The notes under the pieces: generated by a model
What the model saw: only the letters and a program-made list of their open reading frames with translations
Database searches by the model: none
Told to the model about the DNA's origin: nothing
In this document: positions 1-12,731 of the stretch, one piece after another
Numbering within the stretch: the stretch's first letter is position 1
Layout: each line of letters starts with the position of its first letter
Position numbers and translations under genes: made by a program
NCBI RefSeq assembly: GCF_009914755.1
Contig: NC_060932.1
Length of the DNA stretch: 64,000 bases
Source of the DNA: the human T2T-CHM13v2.0 reference genome, Homo sapiens
Strand: one strand, 5' to 3'

Positions 1-164
1 ACAATGTTTTCTCTCAGACCAAAAAGAAATTAAACCAGAAATCAATAACAGAAACATAGATTGAAAAACCCCAAATATTTGGAGATTAAAAACCACACTT
101 TTAAATAAAACATAGGTCAAAATCAAGACAAATTTTTAAAATATTTTAATGTAAGTGAAAACGA
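1..164 (+). mobile_element. Old L1M LINE fragment (ORF2, region just after the endonuclease)
   Basis: TAAACCAGAAATCAATAACAGAAA...AAATATTTGGAGATTAAAAACCACACTTTTAAATAA resembles L1M ORF2 5' region. Confidence 0.7.
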
Positions 165-2081
165 TGAATCCACAGCCAACATCATACTTACTGGGCAAAA
201 GCTGGAAGCATTCCTCTTTAAAACCAGAACAAGAAAAGGACACTCTCTATCACCACTCCTATTCAACATAGTGTTAGAAATCCTGGCCAGAGCAATCAGG
301 CCATAGGGGAAAAAAAAAAAAATCCAAATAGGAAGAGAGTAAGTAAAACTACTTCTGTTTTCAGACAACATGATTCCATATATAGAAAACCCCATGGTAT
401 CTACCCAAAAGCTCTTTGATCTGAGAAACAACTTAGGCCAAGTTTCAGGCTATAAAATCAATGTACAAAAATCTTCAGTATTTCTGTACACCAGCAGCCT
501 CCAAGCTGAGAGCCAAATCAGGAATGTAGTCCCATTCACAATTGCCACAGAAAGAATAAAATACCTAGGAATAGAGCTAACTAGGGAGGAGAAAGGCCTC
601 TACAGGAAGAATTATGAAACACTGCTCAAAGAAATCAGAGATAACAGAAAAAAGCATTTCATGATCGTGAATAGGAAGAATCAATATCATTAAAATGGTC
701 ATACTGTCCAAAGCAATTTACAGATTTAATGCTATTCCTGTCAAACTACTAATGACACTCTTCACAGAGCTAGAAATAACTATTTTAAAATTCATTTGGA
801 ACAAAAGAGGAGCCTGAATAGCCAAGGCAATCCTAAACAAAAAGAACAAAACTGGAAGCATCATGTTATCTGACTTCAAAATATATTATAAAGCTACAGT
901 AACCAAAACAGGATGGTATGATACAAAAACAGACACATAGACCAATGGAACAGAATAGAGAGCCCAGAAGTAAAGCAGCACACCTACAACTATCTAATCT
1001 TTAACAAAGCTGACAAAAGCGATGAGGAAAGGACTCCTTATTCAATAAATGGTTCTGGAATAACTGGCTAACCATATGCAGAAGATTGAAACTGGACCCT
1101 TCTTACACCACATAAAAAAATCAAGACTTAAATGTAAAACCTAAAACTGTAAAATCTCTGTAAGATAACCTAGGAAATACCACTCTGTATATAGGACCTG
1201 GCAAAGATTTCATGATTAAGATGCCAAAAGCAACTGCAACAAAAGCAAAAATTGACAAATAGGAGCTAATTAAACCAAAGAGCATCTCCACAGCAAAAGA
1301 AACTTTCAGCACAGTGAACAGACAACCTACAGAATGAAGAGAAAATACTTGCAAACTATGCGTCCAACAAAAGTCTAATATCAAGATTATTTAAGGAACT
1401 TACACAAATTTACAAGAGAAAAACAACCCCATTACAAGTGAGCAAAAGACATGAACAGACATTTTTTTAAAGAGACGTACATGAGACCAGCAAGCATATG
1501 GAAAAATGCTCACATTGCTAATCATTAGAAAAATGCAAACCAAAACCACAATGAGATACCATCTAATACCAGTCAAAATGATTATTATTAAAAAGTCAAA
1601 AAACAACAGATGCTGGCAAGGTTGCAGAGAAAAGGGAACGCTTATACGCTGCTGATGAGAGCATAAATTAGTTCTGCCATTGTGGAGAGTAGTGTGGTGA
1701 TTCCTCAAAAAACTTAAAACAGAATTTCCATTCAACCTAGTAATCCCATTATTTGGTATATACCCAAAAGAATATAAATCATTCTACCAAAAAGACACAT
1801 GCATGCATATGTTCATCATAACGCTATTCACAATAAAGACATATAATCAATCTAAATCCTGTTCATCGGTAGACTGGATAAAGAAAATGTGGCACATTTA
1901 CAACTATGGAATACTACACAACCATAAAAATGAAAAATATCATGTTCTTTGCAGCAGCATGGATGAAGCTGGAGGCCATTATCCTAAGCAAACTAACACA
2001 GGAACAGACAACCAAATACTGCATATTCATACTTATGAGTGGGAGGTAAATAACAACTCATGAACACAAAGAGGGGAACAA
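165..2081 (+). mobile_element. L1 (old L1PA/L1PB-type), ORF2 RT to C-terminus and start of 3'UTR; 5'-truncated and 3' end deleted
   Basis: ORF 370-693 ([30 protein letters not shown]) is L1 ORF2p RT; C-terminal motifs (MRYHL, WIKKMWHIY) follow; many stops and frameshifts. Confidence 0.95.
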
Positions 2082-2283
2082 GCGATTCTCCTGCCTCAGC
2101 CTCCCAAGTAGCTGGGATTACAGGCACCTGCCATCACACCTGGCTAATATTTTTTGTATTTTTAGTAGAGACGGGGTTTCACCATGTTTGGCCAGGCTGG
2201 TCTCAAACTCTTGACCTCAAGTGATCTGCCTGCCTCAGCCTCCCAAAGTGCTGGGATTACAGGTGTGAGCCACCGCGCCCGGC
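2082..2283 (-). mobile_element. AluS, lacking its 3' end and poly-A tail
   Basis: GCGATTCTCCTGCCTCAGCCTCCC...GTGAGCCACCGCGCCCGGC is antisense Alu. Confidence 0.95.
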
Positions 2284-2600
2284 TTAAGTGTATATTATTG
2301 AATGAAAGAAGCCAATATTAAAGGGCTGTATAGTGTACAATTCCAATTATATGACATTCTGAAAAAGGCAAAACTATAAAGACAGTAAAAAGATGAGTGA
2401 TTGTCAGGGTTTGAGAGGAAGGAGAAATAAATAGGCAAAACACTGACAATTTTGGGGGCAATAAAACTATTTGCCATGATACTATAATGGTAGACATACA
2501 TCATATATATATATAATAGTTATATATAAAATAAATGATAAATATATATAATGGTATCAACATATCATTATATATTTGTCCATATCATAGATTTCAAGAC
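2284..2600 (+). mobile_element. L1MC/L1MD-type 3' UTR fragment
   Basis: TGAAAGAAGCCAA...TTCCAATTATATGACATTCTGAAAAAGGCAAAACTATAAAGACAGTAAAAAGAT typical of L1M 3' ends. Confidence 0.8.
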
Positions 2601-3109
2601 AAGGGAAGAGATTTGTGAATATGGGATTGTTCAGGAAAGGGAGGTAGTGAGAAATGAAGAAAACTAAGGTGAGATTTTGATAAACTATTTTGAGATATAG
2701 AAATTAAGAAGAAAATAATACTCTAGCATTAGTAGCTATGACTTCAGTAGAGTAACCAGGTTCCAACCAAATTCAGGCTTTATGATCAAATGATAGATCA
2801 GGAGGTAATGAAATATTCTAATTGGCTGTGAAAATTGAGTTATGCTTTTCCCCAAACCATATATTAAATAAACTCACTATGCCCAATTAACCAAAATTAA
2901 TTTAATTAATTTAAATGAATTTATTTTCAGTTGAAAATGAATAGACATTGCTAAATTTGATTTTTTTGGTTCTTTTTATTACATATGTAGAGTGTCTATT
3001 CCTTTTTATACACTTTTTTGTATACATGTGCCTAATGTCTCTTTTAAAAATTACTACAATTGTGCCCCTAACATCAAATACATATTTCCATATCAACGCT
3101 TATCACAAT

Positions 3110-3266
3110 GCACTCTAATTTTCTGTTTACTCATCAGTTTTCTTCCATTAGAGTCCTTGGTTCTTGACTGTTCTAACAGTGTCTTAATGTTTTACCACCA
3201 GAAATACAACACAGTGTCTGACATAGTGGATGCTCAATATGTGTCTTTTTAAAGTATATGTATGAA
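3110..3266 (+). mobile_element. L2 3' end fragment
   Basis: ACACAGTGTCTGACATAGTGGATGCTCAATAT is the L2 terminal motif. Confidence 0.65.
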
Positions 3267-3318
3267 CTATTTTCTATTACTGTACTTAGTCAGGTAAGGG
3301 CCATTGCATGAGTTATAA

Positions 3319-4273
3319 CAGGGGTCCTCAACCCCTGGGTCACAGACTACAACCAGTCCCTGTCCTGTTAGGACTGGGCAGCACAGCAGGAGGTGAGCGA
3401 CTGGTGAGTAAGAGAAGCTTCATCTGTATTTACAGCTGCTCCTCATCACTCACCTTACTTCAAAGTACTGCCAGAGCTCCACTTCCTGTCAGATTAGTGA
3501 TGGCATTAGATTTTCAGGTGTGAAGCCTATTGTGAACTGTGCATGCAAGGGATCTAGGTTGCATGCTCCTCACGAGAATCTAATGCCTGATGATCTGTCG
3601 CTGTCTCCCATCACCCCCAATAAAATAATTATTTTAATGACCTTTCAAGATAGGTGACATTATATCTAATTTGTTGATGGGGAAACTAGTAATTAAAAAG
3701 TATACATGATTCTCTACAGATCACACAACATTTAAGTGTTTCTGAAGTTCCTATTCTTTCCTCTAGCTCAACAGTCCCCAACCTTTGTGGCACCAGGGAC
3801 CAGTTTCGTGGAAGACAATTATTCCATGGACTGGTAGTCAGGTGGGGTTGGGGTGGTTTCAGGATGTTTGAAGCACACTATATTTATTGTGCACTTTATA
3901 TTATTATTATCTTGTAATATATAATGAAATAATTATACAACTCACCATAATGTAGAATCAATGGGAGCCTTAAGCTTGTTTTCCTGCAACTAGATGGTCC
4001 TAGTCAGGGGTGATGGTCCAATTTAGGGGTGATGAGACCATCCAGTTGCAGGAAAACAAGCTCAAGCCTCCTACTGATTCTACATTATGGTGAGTTGTAT
4101 AATTATTTCATTATGTATTACAACTTAGTAATAATAGAAATAAAGTGCACAATAATAAATGTAATGTGCTTCAATTATCCTGAAACCATCCCAACCCCAC
4201 CCCACTACCAGACCATGGAAAAATTGTCTTCCACGAAACTAGTCCCTGATGCTAAAAAGGTTGGAGACCATTG
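3319..4273 (+). mobile_element. MER1A (hAT-Charlie non-autonomous DNA transposon) interrupted by an inverted duplicate of its own 3' half
   Basis: Starts CAGGGGTCCTCAACCCC and ends AAAAGGTTGGAGACCATTG (TIRs); forward 3319-3619 and ~4030-4273; reverse copy ~3769-4000; degenerate 8-bp TSD AGTTATAA/AGCTAGAG. Confidence 0.9.
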
Positions 4274-4274
4274 A

Positions 4275-4490
4275 GCTAGAGGAAAGATCAGGAACTTTAG
4301 AAACACTTATATGTTGTGTGATCTGTGGAGAATCATGTATGCTATTTAATTACTAGTTTCCCCATTAACAAATTAAATATAATGTCAACTATCTTGAAAG
4401 GTCATTAAAATGATTATGTTTTATATGCAAATAGTGTAGTCCACTTCTGATGCATAGTAATTGCTCAATTGATAATAACTTTTATTATTG
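4275..4490 (+). mobile_element. MIR fragment
   Basis: AGTTTCCCCATTAACAAATT..ATAATGTCAACTATCTTGAAAGGTCATT..CATAGTAATTGCTCAAT resembles the MIR core and 3' end. Confidence 0.6.
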
Positions 4491-6305
4491 TTATGATTAA
4501 TATATATTTTTTCAAGGACTAACTCTTAACCACATAGTGTCCTGTGGGTACAATTTCCTCTTTTTATTTGACACTAATTAACAAAACGCTTATAAAGAAT
4601 TGACTATATGAAAAAAATGGTGTAATCTCTGACTAGAAAGGACACCATGGACTAAAGTGTCCTCAATCATTCTCAGCCATGGTCTATCTACTTGGCTGTA
4701 ATAACAGAAAAGAAATTATTTGGTAATAAAAATGTTGTCATTTTCATCCAGTTCTATATCCTCAATCTTATTCCACATTCTCAACCTATATCACATTGTT
4801 CCTACATAAATCCTAGACTGGCAATAGAAAAACTTGAATTCAATATGGATATAGAGCTCTGAATTAGAAGAGCTAATAATTCCTCTTCCTCTTTAAGGAA
4901 ACATTTCTACCTGATTCCTGAAACTGATATCAGTTCCCAAACCTGAGTTCCAGAGAGCACATCTCAGGCCATGTTTTTGCTTCTGTCTTGCTTACTGCTT
5001 AAGGTTTTTCGTCTTAACTTGAGGCTTCTGAATTCTTCTAAACTTGAGGCTTCTGAATTCAGGTAATAGCTTGACCAAGAATATTTCTTTGGCTCTGTCT
5101 CTGACTCACAACCATAGGTCTCTTAAGTAACCTCTAGGGCCTTTCTAGAAATTAAGATTTTCGTGCTTACTCATCTCCTATGTTGAAACTGACATCAATG
5201 CAAATCCATCAGTACCAAATGAAAGCATGAAGTGAAAAAGTATAAAGGAAATAAAAACTCTATGTCTACAAATGTATGGGAAAGATACTATGTCCATAAG
5301 CTATAGGGTAAAACTAGATCAAATACTAAGAGATCACTATTAAGATAAATAATTCAAATAGAGCTGGTTGTGGAACTAAAAATAGTGAACAAGTTAATAT
5401 CCAAACTAAAGAAGAGATTGGAAAATAATACATAATCTTCTGGAAACAAAATTGTGGGTCTGTGAACTATCTTTATTATTTTTTAAAAGTTCAAAAACAT
5501 TCAGCAGCAATAAAAGAAATAAGCATTTATTCTGCTAACGGTGTTAATTCTGAAAAATATGTAATTGAGGGAACCTAGCCAAATCATAAATAGAACAGAT
5601 AAAGTCATTCTCAAGTAAGAATGGTATTGAAACACTAAGATTTACTGATTTTAAACAAAAAGTTTACCTAGCATGATCTGGTTTGGCATTTACTTGTAGC
5701 CATTAGCAGTTGACATTGATATTAAACAAATCCTTCATTAGGGTTGTAGCTCTATAGAAAAGGATTGCTTTCTGGTGTTTACTTTTTTTTTTTTTTTTGC
5801 ACAGAATTTAAACAGTTTGTCTATTTCAGCTCTTTGTGAAGCATCAGGAACTTGTCCTTGCCAATTTTGGCTTTGCAATTGGCATTTCTTTCATCAACTT
5901 TCTTTTATTAACTCACTGGTTTCTTGGAAGAATAGTCTTATCTTCTTAGCTTTATTCGTCTATGAAGATTTAAAATATATAAAAGCAGACTTCAAAAAAA
6001 CACAAAAAGTTGAAGTCTGAAATTTACAAAACAAAAAAATTGATAGAACTAAAGTAAACTGGTCATCAAAGATCAGGTGAAAGGCTAAATACAGATGAAT
6101 ACAAAGAGGTCACATAGTGAGCTGTATCCAATCAATTCATTCAGTTCCCATCCAAAAAGTGAAGGGAAATACATGTGCCCATTATTCGAAGTTAGGGCAA
6201 GAAGATGCCTATGATAAATGCCCTTATTCAATAAAATAAAATAACTAAAGCATTCATTGGTATAGTTAGCCTGTTGCTAATTAAGAATGATAAGAGTATG
6301 TAGGA

Positions 6306-6644
<339 letters not shown>

Positions 6645-7744
6645 TCAGGCTGACACTAACTTAGCTCTAAGAACTTCAAAAATTACCATTGACCTATGCC
6701 TTTTCTACAGCCCTCCAAAAAGTCAGTCTCCAGGGCATTCTTACTGGAAAGGCCTTGGATATGATACACATTTCTTTCTTCCAAGACATAGTACAAACTC
6801 TTGCTGGCACAGCAGCCTCACTGTAACCTCTTCATTTGTATACTGGGAATACTAATACTTGTCATGTAGGATTAATTGGTATAATATTCATAAAATACTT
6901 TGAGTTTCTCAAATAGAGGATTCTATAAATATGAAATATTAGCATTACTCTGGTAGTATGTAAAGGTACAGTTACTAAACAATTGAAAAATCAGTGATCC
7001 TTTTCACCAATCCATGGATAATGGCTATATTGTATTACTGTAAAGTGCATGGAATGCCTTACTAAAATAAGAGCTGAAAAGACATTTTTTGGTTCAGGTG
7101 CTAGTAGCATATTTTCTTTCTTCCAAGCCAAATACAGAACATTATAAAGAACACTAAAAATGGGCTAATCTGTAGGGATTATTCAGCACATAAGATGCAT
7201 GGATCCTAAGGGATAGTGTTGTAGAAAGCTAAAACCTCCTCTAATAAAAATTTCTACTAATTTATAAAAATATAGCTCAGTGGTTTCTCTGACTTTTCTC
7301 TAGAGAACTCTTGCTATTTTTTTCTTATTCGTGTAAACTTTGAAATTTTTTATCTACCAGATGAATATTTATTACATAATGATGTCATTTCACTTTCTAT
7401 TAATATGTGTTAGTTGGTTCCTAATGAGTCAGAACTAATCAACATGCCTTTAAATAAAATTGTAGTATTCAAAAAACAATAAGAACAATAGTAGCTGCAG
7501 AAACATAAAAAAGAAAAGTATATTCTTACCAGTGCATTCTATTATGCATAAATTTATTGGTGTTTTTATTTATACAGAAAAATGGAAATACCTTTATTAG
7601 CTAAAATGCTTCTAAACCTAAATAACTCCAGTTTTGTAATCAATGCTGTAAGGGCTAAATCTGACTTCAGGATAATGCCTCCTATAACAAATGCTTTTCT
7701 TGAGACACTGTATAGGTAATATAGGGCTTAAGAAGTGCCTAGTA

Positions 7745-7905
7745 CTCTTTTAAGTGTATAAAGTATATCAACACACTGAATCTTTACAAAATTCCTATGA
7801 GATAAACTATCATTATTACCATTTTTATAGATGAAGAAATTGCAACACCCAAGAATGAACTCATCTCAGTCACCAAATTAATAAGACAAAGAGTCAAAAT
7901 TCTTC
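7745..7905 (-). mobile_element. MIR
   Basis: CCTATGAGATAAACTATCATTATTACCATTTTTATAGATGAAGAAATTG is the antisense MIR core. Confidence 0.7.
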
Positions 7906-9060
7906 CTATGAGTATTTTTTATCTTTCCAAAATTTTAGCAAATATGGTTAGCACAAGTTTAAATGTGAGAGAAGCATTTGTGGAAAAGTCAAGTAACTTC
8001 TGGTTTTTGTTCTGATGCATAAAGGCCATGGATGCATTCACATACCATTTTTACAAGAAAAATCTGAACAAATTGAAAGTCAATGAGAACTGAGATCACA
8101 GGGCACATGATCAACCAGAATTCTGAAGAGACAGGTGAATTCAGAGTTATAGCCAATTATTTACCTGAAACAGAATCCACTGAAGCCATAAGCAATTAAA
8201 TTATCATTTTGAACTGTTGGAGGCTGTGTTGGACTAGCATGAGGATGAGAAAGTCCTGGGAACCATAGGGCCTCCCCATTTTTAGGTTTTATCCCCCAGA
8301 ACATTAACAAGTTCTCATGGTCAAGAACCAAAAAAGATTCCCTCATGACTCTGACAGAGAAAGCAAAAGAGTAAACATCGTGAATATTCCCAGAGAGTGC
8401 TCCATAACAAAGTTTTACTTTCCATGGAAAATGATTTTACCAGAGCCTTATCCTAGTTGGAGAAGAACATTACTTCTACAACAACTCTCTCTAGACCTCC
8501 TGTCACTCCTAAAGGGGAAGGAAGAAGCTATCCTACTGAAAAAACACTTGTGAAGGGCACAGCACAGAGGCACAGTCCCACTAAAACATTGGGATGCCAT
8601 CATAAGATTATAGAACTCTCCTTGCCCCCTACTTTACCACAATACCAATAGTACTCCAGCATACAGCAGTGGACTCCAGCTGAAAGGATGCAAGGCACAG
8701 ACTATAGCTGCTGAACAGTATTTAGGAAAGCCCAAAGACAACGAGGGAGGCCAAAACAAGGACAATAGAGGAATTTGAAATGTCTGTTATCTACAGCTAC
8801 AGCAAATGTTAAACAAGTCCAACTTCTAGTCATATTAATATTAATCCTCCTAAAAAAGGCCTATTTATTTCAATTTCTTTTACTTGATATATCATATCTG
8901 ACTTTTAACAAAAACAGTACAAAGTATATTAAAAGGCAAAAAACAAAAACAAAAAACAAAGTGAGAAGAGACAAAGGAAGCATCAAAACAAGACAGATAT
9001 GGCACAGTTGTGAGGATTATCAGGCAGGAAATTTAAAATAAGTATGATTAATAAGGTTTC

Positions 9061-9672
9061 TCAAATCTTCTTTGCAAAATTATGACTGAGACAGTGAAAG
9101 AGATCCAACCTAACTGACTCTCATCTTGCTTCTAACCTTTAAGCTGTCCTTGTTCCTTCCAGGGTATAGGCAGAACTAACTTTGGGAGGAACTTAGTTTA
9201 TAGTTTATAGTTTAAAACAAAGACCATAACACCACTTTTCCAAAACAAACCTCCTTCTTGCATGGGGACTAGACTCCCCTAACCTGCTCCTAAAATCAGT
9301 GCTGAAAATATTTGGCAGACCCTGCGCTTGATGGATTAGCTGGCCCCACCCAGATCTATAAACTGGCTTATCTGATCTTGTGGACTCCACCCAAGAACTG
9401 ACTCAGCACAAGAGGACAGCTTCAACTTCCCATGATTTTATCTCTGACCTGATCAATCAGCACTCTCAACTCACTAGCCTTCCCCCACCCACCAGATTAT
9501 CCTTAAAAACTCTGATCCCTGAAAGTCTGGAGAGACCAATTTGAGTAATAATAAAACTCTGGTCTCCTTCACAACCAGCTCTGCATGAACTACTCTTTCT
9601 CGTTGGAATTCCCCTGTCTTGAGAAATCGACTGTCTAGGCAGCGGGCAAGGTGAACCCACTGGGTGGTTACA
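9061..9672 (+). mobile_element. LTR8 solo LTR (ERV1)
   Basis: TTTGCAAAATTATGACTGAGACAGTGAAAGAGATC ... AATAAAACTCTGGTCTCC ... GCAAGGTGAACCCACTGGGTGGTTACA. Confidence 0.85.
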
Positions 9673-9874
9673 GAAAGAGAGACTGAAACTCTAAGAAAGA
9701 ATCAAAAGGAAAGGCCAGAAATAAAAAATACTGTAACAGAAATGATGAATGATTTAAAAAAAAAAAAGGTGAATAAGAAAAAAATAATTGAAAATAAGAA
9801 TATTCAGTATGTGCTGGACAATTTCAAGAATTGTAACTTACATGTAATTATAATACCAGAAGGAAAAGAAAGCA

Positions 9875-9886
9875 AGAGAGAGAGAG

Positions 9887-9949
<63 letters not shown>

Positions 9950-9957
9950 GAAAGAGA
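9875..9957 (+). repeat. (GA)n(GAAA)n microsatellite
   Basis: About 15 uninterrupted GAAA units preceded by a short GA run. Confidence 0.95.
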
Positions 9958-10282
9958 TAGAAGAACATCAAAGAAATATTTGAAGTGTAATGGTTTAGAA
10001 TTTTCCAAAAATTAATGATAGATACCAAATTATAGATCTGGAAGCTCAGAGTACAACATCCAGACAAATATTTTTAAAATCCACACTTTGGCAAATTATA
10101 TTGGAATTAGAGAAAACCAAAGTCAAAGAGAAAATACTGAAATAAGCCAGAGGAGAAAATTTTTTAAATATATTTTACCTATAGAAAAATTAGGATAAGG
10201 ATTATAGTAGATTTATCATCAGAAACCATGCTAGCAGGAAGAGAATGAAGTAAAATATTGGGTATTTAATATCAAGGGAAAT

Positions 10283-10962
10283 TGAAACCACATTTGCAAA
10301 ATTTTAACTAAGGAAATTATGACAGTGAAAGATATCAGAAGTAACCAACTCCATTTTGCTTCTAATCTCCAAACTGCCCTTGTCCATTCTTGGGCATAGG
10401 CTGAACTAGCCTTGGGAAGTAATTTAGTTTATAGTTTAAATAATAGCCCTTCCCCAAAACTGAACTTTTCTTCTGAAATGAATGAAAGGCCACCAGCCAC
10501 CAAGTTAGGATGAGAGGGGCTGGAATTCTAAATATTACCAGCCATTATTCACAATTACTCTGGAAGATAATATCATTATTGTGAACCTAAGATTAGCCTT
10601 TTGAGATGTCTTTTCAGGTTTTTGCATTTCTGACAATCAGATTGCCCCACTCGGACCTGCCAAGAAATTCTGTGGCTCCCACCCAGGAGCTGATGGGCAT
10701 GAGAGGATAGTTTTGACTTCCTGTGATTTCATCTCTGACCCAACCAATCAGCACTCTCGACTCACTGGTCTGCTCCTGACCAAATTATTCTTAAAAACTC
10801 TAATCCCCAGTTTTTAGGGAAACTGATCTGAGCAATAATAAAACTCTGGTCTCCTGCAGAGCCAGCTCTGTGTGAATTACCCTTTCTCTATTGCAATTCC
10901 TCTGTCTTGAGAAATTGGCTCTGTCTAGGTAGCAGGCAAGGTGAACCCACTGAGTGGTTACA
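10283..10962 (+). mobile_element. LTR8A-like solo LTR (ERV1)
   Basis: TG...CA termini; TGAAACCACATTTGCAAAATTTTAACTAAGGAAATTATGACAGTGAAAG; ends GAGTGGTTACA; perfect 4-bp TSD AAAT. Confidence 0.85.
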
Positions 10963-11235
10963 AAATTATCATTTAAAAAAAAAAAAGATAAATGAGGACT
11001 TTCTCAGGAAAACAAAATCTGAAAGAATTCATTGCCAGCAGAAGTCCCCAGAAATGTTAAAAATAGTTTTTCAAAGAAAAGGAAAATGATATAGGTCAGA
11101 ATTGTGGATCTACATAAAAAAAAAAAAGGAAGAGCACTATAGAAAGAATAAATAAAGCATTACTTGTATGATAAATAAATAATTCACTTTTTTTTAAGTA
11201 AGAATAATGACTCCCAATAACAGACATCCAGTGAG

Positions 11236-11860
11236 TGAAGTAGCATCATCTGTCTGGCGCAATACCCCAGGTTCATTGCTTTACACCAAGGAAATAGAGG
11301 ACATGGACACACACAAGGAGTGAGTTTAAGGGCAGAGGTTTAATAGGCAAGAGAAAAGAGAAGAGAAAAAGCTCTCTATCCTGCAGAGAGAGGGGCTCCG
11401 GAGTGGGTCTTCCAGTTCCATGATGGAATGCACGAGGTTTTATAGACGAGCTTGAGGAAGCAATGCCTGATTTACATAGGGCACAAGAGATTGGTCAGAC
11501 CAGGTGTGCCCTTTGCATAGCCTAATCTTTTATCATGCATATGGGTTCTCTACCTGCCCAGGGCCATGTTGCCTGCTTCATTACTATACACGTGCTTGAC
11601 AAAGAAAAGGGAAGATGGAGCCTCCATGTTGAACATTGCTGGCCCCCAGGGACTTTTACTATTGGCACAGCTGCCAGCATTCACCCATGCAAGCTTCCAG
11701 CTTGCTCATCTATGTCTGAAGTTTGGTTTTACAGACTGCTCTTTGTTAGAAAAGAAATGATTTGGGGACAGCTTTTTGTTACAAGGGAAGCCTTACCGAG
11801 GACTCTCTTACCCTTACCCTCACATGCTACCTAAATAATTTCTTTTTAGCTCCTATATCA
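11236..11860 (-). mobile_element. ERV1 solo LTR, LTR9-like
   Basis: Minus strand begins TGATATAGGAGCTAAAAAGAAATTATTTAGG; TG..CA termini; near-TSD TGAG/TTAG. Confidence 0.75.
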
Positions 11861-12299
11861 TTAGTACTCATTAGACATTTAAGTCAATAGAGATTCCATT
11901 TTCTCTCTGATGAGGTCCTCCCTCTCCACTGACTTTCAATAAGGATGATGTTGCTCTTGAGGAACTTCAATGTCTTCCTTATTCTTTACTCCCCCAACCC
12001 CATCTTTTGTCCAAACCCAGTAATTGTTAGCACTAATTTAACTACTCCTTTCTACCTTCAAGGACTATACCGTAGGCATCAGCAAATTCAACTTGAGGAA
12101 ATACGAAGATGAATCAAAAAGAATATGATCCTGATTAAGTGAGGAACATCCTGAAAGACACTTGAAGTGTGACACTATGTGAACACTATACTAAATTCAT
12201 TTGCTTGTCAAGTCACTTTGTATGGCAGCCACAGTAGAAAGCTTTATGAGGGGTGGTGGGTGGTAGGAAAGAGAAGAATAGAACACATTTTGATCTTAA

Positions 12300-12731
<432 letters not shown>

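Larger units (their letters stand above)
7995..11170 (+). mobile_element. Old L1M (L1MC/MD-like) 5'UTR and ORF1, split by two LTR8-family LTRs and a microsatellite
   Basis: ORF1-like text (ETLRKNQKERPEIKNTVTEMMN; IIIPEGKES; GATTTATCATCAGAAACCATG; GAATTCATTGCCAGCAG) in segments ~7995-9060, 9673-10282, 10963-11170. Confidence 0.75.

Noticed and set aside
370-693. ORF with reverse-transcriptase similarity as a gene
   Set aside because: Fragment of decayed L1 ORF2, bounded by stops and frameshifts
9061-10962. Two co-oriented LTRs as one provirus
   Set aside because: Spacer is L1 ORF1 sequence with no PBS or gag; the LTRs differ in subfamily and the second has its own TSD
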